64,000 nt of DNA from Rhodobacterales bacterium (GTDB taxonomy: Bacteria > Pseudomonadota > Alphaproteobacteria > Rhodobacterales > CAZPXZ01). The notes beneath the pieces are model-generated. The model saw nothing but the letters and a program-made list of their open reading frames with translations. It searched no databases and was not told the origin of the DNA. The translations under genes and the position numbers were made by a program. Where the stretch lies: contig CBDCKB010000004.1 in NCBI GenBank assembly GCA_965217995.1, positions 643,788-707,787 of the forward strand. Direction: 5' to 3'. Positions 12,370 through 20,639 of this stretch are shown here, piece after piece; position 1 is the stretch's first letter, and every line of letters starts with the position of its first letter.

Positions 12370-12441
12370 TATTCTCTCCATGCGGTCCGCTACGGTACCG
12401 CAGTTTGTGTATCCCCTCTGTCCCCATCCGGCAGACGGCCT

Positions 12442-12490
12442 TTATGTAGGTGGAAATCTTATGTAGGTGGAAGGTCTGCCTTGATTCAAG
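12442..12490 (-). promoter_or_regulatory. candidate heat-shock/sigma70 promoter of dnaK with a duplicated -10-like box
   Basis: Minus strand reads CTTGAATCAAGGCAGACC-TTCCACCTACATAA-GAT-TTCCACCTACATAA. The 14-bp box occurs twice (12442-12455 and 12459-12472, 17-bp period) downstream of CTTGAA (12485-12490). Spacing to the alpha-RpoH consensus is imperfect. Confidence 0.3.
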
Positions 12491-12524
12491 AATACCACAC
12501 TCCAGAGGTTTTGTCTGCCGGGGT

Positions 12525-13379
12525 TCAGAGGGCGGCCTCCCCCTCGATGCTGGCATCTGACTCCAGGGGTACGACGCCCCCCTCCACGACGTTCATCTCC
12601 GTGGTGGCCAGAAGCGGTGGGTCGCTCTTGCTCGCGGTCGGTGGCTCATCGGCAATGCTCACGGTTGCGGGCCGGAGCAACCGGTCGCCGAGCGTGAAGC
12701 CGCTCTCGAGCATCCGTACGATGGCACCGGCCGTGACCTCCTCGTCGATCTCCTTGAACACCGCCTGGTGGAAATTCGGATCGAAGGCGTCGCCCTTTTC
12801 GGGGGTGATGGAGCGGATTTCGTGCTTCTCGAAGGCGGCCAGCAATTCCCGCTGGATCAGTTCGACGCCGTTGACGAATTGCGCCGAGTTGGCGCGGAAT
12901 GCGTCGTCGATGGAGTGCATCAGCCGATCGAAGGCGTCGTGGACGACGAGCAGGTTTCGGGCGAGCGAGGCACCGCCACAGCGCAACGCCTCGGCTTTCT
13001 CGCGCTCGGTGCGCTTGCGCAGGTTTTCGATCTCGGCGAGGGTTCGCAGATACTGGTCCCTGGTTTCGGCCAGGCTGGTTTCCAGGGTGGCGATCTGCGT
13101 GGTGGGGTCTTCGATCTCCTCCACCGGGTCCGCGTCGGAGAGGCTGACCGCTTCCGGTTCCGTCTCCCCGGCCGCAGTTCCTTCCGTTGCTTCCCCCTCT
13201 GCGTCGGCGTCGGTGACCGGACAGGCGGGCTCGGAAGCCGTGGCCACAGCCTCTTCCGGCGCGTCCACCATTGCGTCGGCGGAAGTGGTTTCAGGCATCT
13301 CTGCCCCTGCCGCCGGTTTTTCCCGGCCGGCCCTGCTGGCCGGAGGGTTTTGGTGGCTGTTGGATTTCTGGATGCTCAT
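12525..13379 (-). CDS. grpE: nucleotide exchange factor GrpE (with a long acidic N-terminal extension)
   Basis: Core LRTLAEIENLRKRTEREK...DAFDPNFHQAV is GrpE-typical. ATGA overlap with the hrcA stop. About 95 aa of acidic low-complexity N-terminus; the true start could be internal. Confidence 0.88.
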   Translation of the reverse strand: MSIQKSNSHQNPPASRAGREKPAAGAEMPETTSADAMVDAPEEAVATASEPACPVTDADAEGEATEGTAAGETEPEAVSLSDADPVEEIEDPTTQIATLETSLAETRDQYLRTLAEIENLRKRTEREKAEALRCGGASLARNLLVVHDAFDRLMHSIDDAFRANSAQFVNGVELIQRELLAAFEKHEIRSITPEKGDAFDPNFHQAVFKEIDEEVTAGAIVRMLESGFTLGDRLLRPATVSIADEPPTASKSDPPLLATTEMNVVEGGVVPLESDASIEGEAAL

Positions 13380-14461
13380 CGATCCTCCGTGATTAGTTGG
13401 GTGTTTCCACCGGTTTCGAGCATCTGTCCCAGTAGCTCGGCGGTAAAGCTCACCGCAGGAACCACGCGGCCGTAATTCAGCCGCGTGGGGCCGATGACCG
13501 CGAGGGCTCCCAGCACCCGCTGTCTACCATTCATATAGGGAGAAATTATCAAAGAGGAACCCGAAAGCGAGAACAAGGGATTCTCGGAACCGATAAAGAC
13601 CCGCACGCCCTGCCCTTCCCGGGCCAGATCCAGGAGCTGGGCGACCGTCTTGCGGCGTTCGAGATCGTCGAGCAGGGATCGCAGCTGGTCGAGGTCCTCC
13701 GCCGCGAGATCGTTCTCGAGCAGGTTCGAGAGACCGCGCACAATCATCCGGTCGGGGCCGCCCTCGACCCCCTCCCAGGATGCCATGCCGGCTTCCACGA
13801 GCCGCCGGGCGGCACTGTCGATCTGGCGCTGGTCCGCCTCCATCCGCCGCGCGATTTCGCTGCGTGCCTCCGACAGGGTGCACCCGCGGAGATGGGCGTT
13901 GAGGAAATTGGCGGCTTCCTGCATGGAGGATGGAGTCATCCCCGGCGGTGCATCAAACAGCCGGTTTTCGATCGAGCCGTCTTCCATGGCCAGTGCCACC
14001 AGCGCATTCCCGTCGCCGACGCGGATGAACTCGGCGTGGTCGATCGCCTTGTCCTCGGTCGGGGCGAGCACCAGGCTCGCACCCCGCGACAGTCCCGAGA
14101 GCATGCGCCCGGCATTGGCAAGAAGCCGCTGGGTGGAGATGTCCTCGCCGGTGACTGCCGCGACGATCTCGCCGCTGTCCTCGCTCGGCGGCAGGCCCAG
14201 TTCCAGCAGCGCATCGACAAACAGCCGCAGGCCGGCTTCGCTCGGCAGCCGCCCGGCGCTGGTATGCGGGGAGGCAAGCAGGTTCATCTCTTCGAGATCC
14301 TGCATGACGTTGCGTACCGTCGCGGGCGAGAGGTCGAGCGACAGGCGCTTGGCCAGCGGCCGCGCCCCGATCGGATTGCCGGTTTCGAGATATGCCTCGA
14401 CCAGGGTGCAGAAGATATTCCGTGCCCGGTCGGTGAGGTCGGATAGCAAAGCCTTGCCCAT
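13376..14461 (-). CDS. hrcA: heat-inducible transcription repressor HrcA
   Basis: ORF 13376..15313 trimmed to MGKALLSDLTDRARNIFCTLVEAYLETGNPIGARPLAKRL...VRNVMQDLEEMNLLASPHTSAGRLP. This is the HrcA winged-helix N-terminus, and the trimmed length is 361 aa. Confidence 0.9.
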   Translation of the reverse strand: MGKALLSDLTDRARNIFCTLVEAYLETGNPIGARPLAKRLSLDLSPATVRNVMQDLEEMNLLASPHTSAGRLPSEAGLRLFVDALLELGLPPSEDSGEIVAAVTGEDISTQRLLANAGRMLSGLSRGASLVLAPTEDKAIDHAEFIRVGDGNALVALAMEDGSIENRLFDAPPGMTPSSMQEAANFLNAHLRGCTLSEARSEIARRMEADQRQIDSAARRLVEAGMASWEGVEGGPDRMIVRGLSNLLENDLAAEDLDQLRSLLDDLERRKTVAQLLDLAREGQGVRVFIGSENPLFSLSGSSLIISPYMNGRQRVLGALAVIGPTRLNYGRVVPAVSFTAELLGQMLETGGNTQLITEDR

Positions 14462-14464
14462 GGG

Positions 14465-14528
14465 CGCAGAATACCGGTTGCGGTCGGATTTGGCAGGGTA
14501 GCGTAGATTCGGCGAACGGTATTCTGCG
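14465..14528. promoter_or_regulatory. 12-bp perfect inverted repeat (CGCAGAATACCG / CGGTATTCTGCG, 40-nt spacer) in the hrcA-rdgB divergent region
   Basis: Arms at 14465-14476 and 14517-14528. The proximal arm ends 3 nt from the hrcA start codon. Confidence 0.35.
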
Positions 14529-14614
14529 GGGATCGTGATTGGGGAGGCGGGCATGCATGTTCCGGAACCGGCCGGGAAGGAAAGGTGCCCGGCCCTGCCG
14601 ACGGGAGCCGGCGG

Positions 14615-15235
14615 ATGATCCGCCTGGCCGCCGGCGACCGGCTCGTGCTCGCCACCCACAATGCCGGCAAGCTCCGCGAGATCGCGGAACTGCTTGCGCC
14701 CTATGGGCTGGACACCGTATCCGCCGCCGAGCTCGGTGCATCCGAGCCGGAGGAAACCGGCACCAGTTTCGGTGAGAACGCGGAGCTCAAGGCGACCGTC
14801 GCCGCCTCTGCCAGCGGGCTGCTGGCCCTGGCCGATGATTCCGGTCTTGAGGTGGCCGCCCTGGGCGGTTCTCCCGGTATCTATTCGGCGCGCTGGGCGG
14901 GCGAGGACGGAGATTTTGGCGTTGCGATGGAACGTATCTGGCACGAATTGCGGGAGAGGTCGGTGCCGGAACCCTGGGAGGCACGCTTTGTGTGTGTCCT
15001 GGCCCTGGCCCTGCCGGATGGCAGCTGCGACCGGTATGAGGGGGTGGTGGAAGGGCATTGTGTCTGGCCGCCCCGTGGCGGGCGCGGCTTTGGCTACGAT
15101 CCGATGTTCGTCCCCGGGGACGGGGAAGAGACGTTTGGCGAGATGGAGCCCTCCCGCAAGGACTCCATCAGCCACCGCCGGATGGCGTTCGACCGGTTTG
15201 TCGCCCGTGCGCTCGCCGCGTCGGCGGGCGATTGA
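14615..15235 (+). CDS. rdgB: non-canonical purine NTP pyrophosphatase (RdgB/HAM1)
   Basis: [14 protein letters not shown]...FGYDPMF...SHR motifs. Start trimmed to ATG 14615. Confidence 0.85.
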   Translation: MIRLAAGDRLVLATHNAGKLREIAELLAPYGLDTVSAAELGASEPEETGTSFGENAELKATVAASASGLLALADDSGLEVAALGGSPGIYSARWAGEDGDFGVAMERIWHELRERSVPEPWEARFVCVLALALPDGSCDRYEGVVEGHCVWPPRGGRGFGYDPMFVPGDGEETFGEMEPSRKDSISHRRMAFDRFVARALAASAGD

Positions 15236-15446
15236 ACCCGGGAGCTGCTGCTCTGCGGAACAGGCCGATGGTTTTCTCTTCGGGCCGAGACTCTCACAAA
15301 AATTCAAACCCACAGAACACTTCCGCCAGGCGGGTGAAAGATGCGAGCAAGGGGTGAAGGAAGGCGGGAGCGGATGGTGGGTTCAAGGCCTCCGGCCCTG
15401 GCAGGAGTTCACAATCCGCAAGGCCCGTCTGGAGTGTCGGATATCT

Positions 15447-16316
15447 TCATGGCGTGTGGATCAATGCCCGGAGGTCGCTTTCCAGAAGGATGCGGATCGG
15501 AAAGCCGCTGGCGATGAGTTCCTCGGCACGACGGTGCTTGCGGCTCTTTTTGCCGGCAGAAAGTTGTGAAGTCTGATCGCCGACCACCACGAGGGTGGTC
15601 TTCTTCGTCACAGAAAGATCGACCGCCGCGCCTGCCCGATTGGCAAGCTCTGCGGCCTCTGTGCGCGAAATACTGAACGCCCCGGTGAAAACGCAGACCT
15701 CACCGGCCAGCGGACCTTCATCACTTCCTTCCAGCCGGGTCCGGCTGCGTCCGGATTTTCGGGTATATGCACCGGGGGATGTCGGGTGCTTGACCCGCTG
15801 GAACCAGTCGTCAATTCCGAGACCGGTTTCCTCCATGGCCCGGAGCAGGATCAGGCCGGCAGTGCGGGCATCCTCAACGGCATCATGATGCTGGAAGTCG
15901 ATCCCGAATTCCTTGGCCAGATTCTTCAGACCATATCCCTTTCGTGAGAATTGTGGCCAGGCCTGTCGTGCCACACGGGCGGAATCCAGCCAACGGCATG
16001 CAAGGCTGCGCGTGCCGCGGAAGGTGCAGGATTGTTCCAGGGCAGTCCGGTCGAACGCGGTGTGGGAGACCGCGACTTCCCCGTTGACCAGGGTTTCGAT
16101 GTCGGCGAACACGTCCTCAAACCGTGGCTGGCCGGCAACCTGCTGTTCGGTAATTCCGTGAACATGGACATTGTAGGGCTCAAAGTACTGGCACGGGTCG
16201 ATCAGCATGGAGTTCGAGAAAATCTCCCGGCCGTCTTCAAAACCGACCAGGCCGATCTGACAGATGCTGGTCCTGTCCGGATTGGCGGTTTCCAGATCAA
16301 TCGCAATGAATCGCAT
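15447..16316 (-). CDS. DEDDh 3'-5' exonuclease (DnaQ-like) with C-terminal BRCT domain
   Basis: MRFIAIDLETAN (ExoI), HTAFDRTAL (ExoII-like) and HHDAVEDA (ExoIII). The C-terminus GEVCVFTGAF...TKKTTLVVVGDQ is BRCT-like. Confidence 0.7.
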   Translation of the reverse strand: MRFIAIDLETANPDRTSICQIGLVGFEDGREIFSNSMLIDPCQYFEPYNVHVHGITEQQVAGQPRFEDVFADIETLVNGEVAVSHTAFDRTALEQSCTFRGTRSLACRWLDSARVARQAWPQFSRKGYGLKNLAKEFGIDFQHHDAVEDARTAGLILLRAMEETGLGIDDWFQRVKHPTSPGAYTRKSGRSRTRLEGSDEGPLAGEVCVFTGAFSISRTEAAELANRAGAAVDLSVTKKTTLVVVGDQTSQLSAGKKSRKHRRAEELIASGFPIRILLESDLRALIHTP

Positions 16317-16418
16317 GCCGGCATTCCTTTTCACCCCTGATCGAAGCGGGGGCAGATCGGTCAGCATCGGAGGGGCACGACCGGCACCGCAGACGGTCAT
16401 CCGTTGCGGGCGGAGGTC

Positions 16419-17555
16419 TCACTCCAGAAGCTGCTCTCTCCACTTCCCGAGCCGGTCGCGGTCCACCCGCACCCCGAGGCCCGGTCCCTGCGGCACCTGC
16501 ACCCGGCCCTCCCTCACCGGGAACGGGTCGGCCAGGATGTCCTCTTCCAGATAATAGGTCGGCATGTAGAATTCGCAGCCGAGCTTCAGATCCGGAACCG
16601 CGGCCATGAGATGGGCCCCGGCGGCATGGGCGATGCCGGTCTCGAACATGCAGCCGCCATAGATCTCGATTCCGGCCGCCCGGGCGATGGCGGCGACCTC
16701 CAAAGCCCGGCGGATTCCGCCTGATTTCATGATCTTCAGGGAAAAAATATCCGCGATCCGCATCTGCGCCCCGCGCAGGGCCTCTTCGGGACCGAAGACG
16801 GATTCGTCGGCCATGATGGGCACGTCGACGGCCTGCGTGATTCCGGCCAGTGCCTCCCGCTCATGCCGCTTGACCGGCTGCTCGACGAAGGCGGGATCGA
16901 AGGCCTCGAGATCGCGGATCCGGCGGATGGCGTCAAAAGCCGGGAGGCCCTGGTTGTAGTCGATCCGCAGGCTGGCTCCGTCGCCGAGGCATTCGCGGAG
17001 CCTGCGCAGCCGCATCACGTCGAAAGCATGCTCCGCAAATCCGGTCTTGACCTTGAAGATTTTCACGCCCTTCGCGAACAGTTCCCCGACCTCTTCCAGG
17101 TCCCGCTCGAAATCCGGATTGGCCACCGAAAAACTCAGTGGGATTTCGTCGCGATGCCGTCCGCCGACGAGTTCGCTGACCGACAGGCCGCTGGCCTGTC
17201 CGACGATGTCCAGCAGGGCAGTTTCCAGGGCGGCCTTCGCCTCGTGATGACCGGCGGTGAACCGGTCTGCCCGGTGCAGATGGAGCGAGATCTGTGCCGG
17301 GTCCTGGCCGATCAGATAGGGGCGCAGATGGGCATGGAGAACGTCGGCAGCCCCCTCGGCGGTGACCCCGGAAAAGGCCGGCCAGGGCGCGGCCTCTCCC
17401 CAGCCGGTGATGCCGGCCTCCGTGACCAGCTCCAGGAGGACCGAGCGGATTTCGGTGACATCGCCGGAGCCATGTGAATGGACGGCTTTTGCCGGGATCC
17501 GGATGAGATGGACCCGCAGCTCCCGGATGGTGTCTTCGCCCATCAGGCGATCCAT
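16419..17555 (-). CDS. enolase-superfamily enzyme (mandelate racemase/muconate lactonizing or dipeptide-epimerase-like)
   Basis: 378 aa with FKVKTG, LRIDYNQG and VEQPV metal-ligand blocks. Overlaps the downstream TPP-enzyme gene by 13 nt. Confidence 0.8.
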   Translation of the reverse strand: MDRLMGEDTIRELRVHLIRIPAKAVHSHGSGDVTEIRSVLLELVTEAGITGWGEAAPWPAFSGVTAEGAADVLHAHLRPYLIGQDPAQISLHLHRADRFTAGHHEAKAALETALLDIVGQASGLSVSELVGGRHRDEIPLSFSVANPDFERDLEEVGELFAKGVKIFKVKTGFAEHAFDVMRLRRLRECLGDGASLRIDYNQGLPAFDAIRRIRDLEAFDPAFVEQPVKRHEREALAGITQAVDVPIMADESVFGPEEALRGAQMRIADIFSLKIMKSGGIRRALEVAAIARAAGIEIYGGCMFETGIAHAAGAHLMAAVPDLKLGCEFYMPTYYLEEDILADPFPVREGRVQVPQGPGLGVRVDRDRLGKWREQLLE

Positions 17556-19246
17556 TCGCTGACCGGGGCGTTGGCTTCGTGCAAGGGCTGGCTGATGACA
17601 TCCACGAGAGTCGGACCGCCATGTCCGACGGCCTCCTTCAGCACCGGCTGGAGATGCTCCGGATCTTCGACGGTCCAGGTTTTGACCCCGAATGCCTGCG
17701 CCACGGCGGCATGGTCGGTGCGGTTGAAATCAACCGAGAAATAGCGTTTTCCGAAACCGGTATGCTGCCCGGCCTTGATCCAGCCATAGGTCGCGTTGGA
17801 GAAGACGACGAAGGTGATCGGCATCTTTTTGCGCACCACGGTCTCGAGCTCGCCGCAGGTGAATCCGAAACTGCCGTCGCCCATCAGCGATACGATCTTG
17901 CGGTCGGGTGCGCCGATCTGCGCTCCCATGGCCGCCGACAGCGAATAGCCGAGAGCCCCATGGGCACGGTTGGAGAACAGCCTGCGGCCGGGCGTGCGCA
18001 GCTCGTAATAGGCCGATGCGTAGGGGCATGGGGTGCCCGGATCGCAGACCACGATCGCATCATCGTCCAGCACCGAACGCAGGGCCGAGATCACCCGCTC
18101 GGGCCGGACCGGACGTTCATCGGTCATGGCGAAGGGTCGGAAGGCGTCCTGCTTCTCCTGCTTTGCGGCGGCGGCGGCGGCGGCCCCGCCAAATCCGGTT
18201 GCGGGGGGACGCTCCCCCAGCGCCCGGTTCAGAGCGGCGAGCGCAAGCCGGGCGTCGGAGACCACGGCGGCCTCGGTCGGGTAGGAGGCGCCGATCACTT
18301 CCGGATCGCAGTCGATATGGACGATGCGGGTTCCCCGGGCGGGAGACCGCCACAATTCGGTCGTCACCGAACCCGCGCGGCAGCCGATGAAGACGACCAG
18401 ATCCGCCCGGTCGACCAGCTTGCGGGTGGCGGGCACACCGCCATTGGAGCCCACCACACCCACGCAGTTGGGATGGTTCTCCGCCAGCGAACCCTGCCCC
18501 GAAATTGTTGTGGCCACGGCGATGTCCAGGGCCTCCGCAAAGCTGCGGAGCTCCGCCTCGCCCCCGGCGATTACGACGCCGCCGCCGCAGATCACGACCG
18601 GGAACTGGGCCGAGAGGATGGCGTCCAGTGCGGTGTCGGTCCGCGCCGGATCGGGGCCGGCCGGATAGGCCGGATAGAGACCGTGGGCGGGATCCGCCCA
18701 GATGCTGTCCGGGTCGGCCGGGCCCCGCTGGGCATCGATCGGGAAGCCCAGATGCGCCGAACCGGGGCGTCCCGTGGTCATTTTGCGGAAGGCCGTCCGC
18801 ACGGCATCGGGCACCGCGTCGGAGTGGTTGATCATCGTGGTGAATTTGGTCAGGGGACGCATCAGGGCCGACTGGTCCAGCTCGGTCAGCGGGTAGTGTC
18901 CGCGCGACCGGGTTCCGACATCTGAGGTGATCGCCAGGATCGGGATCGAGGATTCGTTGGCTTCGACCAGCCCCGGAAGAATGTAGGTCGCTCCGCCGCC
19001 GGAGGGGCCCTCGCAGACACCGACCCTGCCCGTGACCCGTGCATAGCCGTCGGCCATATAGGCCGCGGATCGTTCGTCGCGGGTCAGGATATGCTCGATT
19101 TCGTGGTCGAGACGGTGGAGGGCGTCATAGAAGGGCAGCGTCGTATCCCCGCACAGGCCGAAGATATGACGCACACCATGGGCTTCGAGCATGCGGACCA
19201 TGGCTTCGGCACCGTTCATCATGTTGGCTTGCGGGTCGTCGGTCAT
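17543..19246 (-). CDS. thiamine-pyrophosphate-dependent enzyme (acetolactate synthase large-subunit-like)
   Basis: ORF 17543..19828 trimmed to MTDDPQANMMNGAEAMVRMLEAHGVRHIFGLCGD. The TPP-binding GDGSFGF...N motif is near the C-terminus. Confidence 0.8.
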   Translation of the reverse strand: MTDDPQANMMNGAEAMVRMLEAHGVRHIFGLCGDTTLPFYDALHRLDHEIEHILTRDERSAAYMADGYARVTGRVGVCEGPSGGGATYILPGLVEANESSIPILAITSDVGTRSRGHYPLTELDQSALMRPLTKFTTMINHSDAVPDAVRTAFRKMTTGRPGSAHLGFPIDAQRGPADPDSIWADPAHGLYPAYPAGPDPARTDTALDAILSAQFPVVICGGGVVIAGGEAELRSFAEALDIAVATTISGQGSLAENHPNCVGVVGSNGGVPATRKLVDRADLVVFIGCRAGSVTTELWRSPARGTRIVHIDCDPEVIGASYPTEAAVVSDARLALAALNRALGERPPATGFGGAAAAAAAKQEKQDAFRPFAMTDERPVRPERVISALRSVLDDDAIVVCDPGTPCPYASAYYELRTPGRRLFSNRAHGALGYSLSAAMGAQIGAPDRKIVSLMGDGSFGFTCGELETVVRKKMPITFVVFSNATYGWIKAGQHTGFGKRYFSVDFNRTDHAAVAQAFGVKTWTVEDPEHLQPVLKEAVGHGGPTLVDVISQPLHEANAPVSEWIA

Positions 19247-19426
19247 GATCGGTCTCTCGTTTTCGGGAATGCGGGTCCGCGGCCGGCCGGGATTTGCGCA
19301 GGTCCGGCCGGCGGCGCAGGATGCCGCGCATGCGGTGCGGACGGGCAATGATAGCGTTTGGGCGCGGAGCGGTGGAACGGCCGGTTTCGCGCCTGGGCGG
19401 GCGGCTTCGCGGCTAGCGCCGGTTTG

Positions 19427-20560
19427 ATGTTCGGAATCTACGTCCATTGGCCGTTCTGCCAGGCACGCTGCCCGTATTGCGATTTCAACGCGCATGTCTG
19501 GCGCGAGATCGACCAGCCGGAATGGCGTGATGCGCTGCTTGCCGAGCTCGACCATGCCGCGGCATCTTTTGACCGTGCGCCGGTGGATGCCGTCTTCTTC
19601 GGCGGCGGCACCCCTTCGCTGATGCCGCCGGCGACGGCGGGCGCAATTCTCGACCGGATCGGCGAACGATGGGGGTATGTCACCGAGCCCGAGATCACGC
19701 TCGAGGCGAATCCCAATTCGGCCGAGGCGGAGAAGTTCCGGGCCTATGCCTCGGCCGGGGTCAATCGCATCTCGGTGGGGGTGCAGTCTCTTCGGGACGA
19801 TGTCCTCCGGATGCTGGGCAGGATTCATTCAGCGGCCGAGGCGCTTGCCGCCATCCGGCTCGCGGCCGATGCGGTGCCCCGCGTCTCCTTCGACCTCATC
19901 ACGGCCCGGCCCGGACAGACGCTTGCGGCATGGCGCGGGGAGTTTGCGGAGGCCCTTGCCACCGGCGTCGGGCATCTGTCGGTCTACCAGCTCACCATCG
20001 AGCCCGGCACACCATTCGCAAAGCTCCAGGATTGCGGCCGGCTGGTGCTGCCCTCCGCCGACCGGGCCGCGGCCATCTACGAGACCACAGTCGGGATGGC
20101 AGAGGCTGCCGGCCTCGTTGCCTATGAAATTTCCAATTTCGCCCGACCCGGCCTCGAAAGCCGCCACAATCTCATCTACTGGCGGGGTGGAGACTGGATC
20201 GGGATCGGCCCGGGTGCCCATGGGCGTCCGAGGCGGGAGGGTGTGCGGGTTGCCACGGAGACGCTGCGCGATCCGGCGGGCTGGCTTGAGACGGTGCGTG
20301 CGCGCGGGCACGGCCTTCTCGACGATTCAGAACCGCTCGCCGGTGCCGGGCAGGCCTCCGAATATCTGATGATGGCACTCCGCCTCGCGGAAGGCGCGTC
20401 GCTCGCCCGCTACCGGGAATTCGGCGGCCCGGCCCTGGCAGAGGACCATCTCTCGGTGCTCGCCGAGGAGGGTCTGCTGACGGTGTCCGGGGACCGGCTG
20501 GCGACCACTCCGAGGGGACGGCTGGTGCTCGACGGATTGCTGCGGGAGCTCCTGGCGTAG
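19427..20560 (+). CDS. hemW: radical-SAM heme chaperone HemW (HemN-like)
   Basis: MFGIYVHWPFCQARCPYCDFN CxxxCxxC radical-SAM motif, plus GVNRISVGVQS. Confidence 0.85.
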   Translation: MFGIYVHWPFCQARCPYCDFNAHVWREIDQPEWRDALLAELDHAAASFDRAPVDAVFFGGGTPSLMPPATAGAILDRIGERWGYVTEPEITLEANPNSAEAEKFRAYASAGVNRISVGVQSLRDDVLRMLGRIHSAAEALAAIRLAADAVPRVSFDLITARPGQTLAAWRGEFAEALATGVGHLSVYQLTIEPGTPFAKLQDCGRLVLPSADRAAAIYETTVGMAEAAGLVAYEISNFARPGLESRHNLIYWRGGDWIGIGPGAHGRPRREGVRVATETLRDPAGWLETVRARGHGLLDDSEPLAGAGQASEYLMMALRLAEGASLARYREFGGPALAEDHLSVLAEEGLLTVSGDRLATTPRGRLVLDGLLRELLA

Positions 20561-20639
20561 CGGGGCCGCTGCGGCGGGCCGGTTTGATTCCAGACGGCAT
20601 GCCGGCCTGTGGATGCCGGCAGAGAGGGTGGGATTGCGG

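Noticed and set aside
13376-15313. Long N-terminal extensions in the ORF track. Examples: hrcA 645 aa, TPP enzyme 761 aa, acnA 939 aa, dapD 332 aa, dapF 353 aa, ribF 414 aa, Rpn 590 aa, OMP 624 aa, acyltransferase 445 aa.
   Set aside because: The extensions are Arg/Pro-rich read-through of upstream DNA, often overlapping the neighbouring gene. Internal starts give family-typical N-termini and lengths.
20590-20625. Hairpin TGCCGGC-N8-GCCGGCA between the convergent hemW and mutS genes as a terminator
   Set aside because: Short stem with no U-tract on either strand, so there is not enough support to call it.
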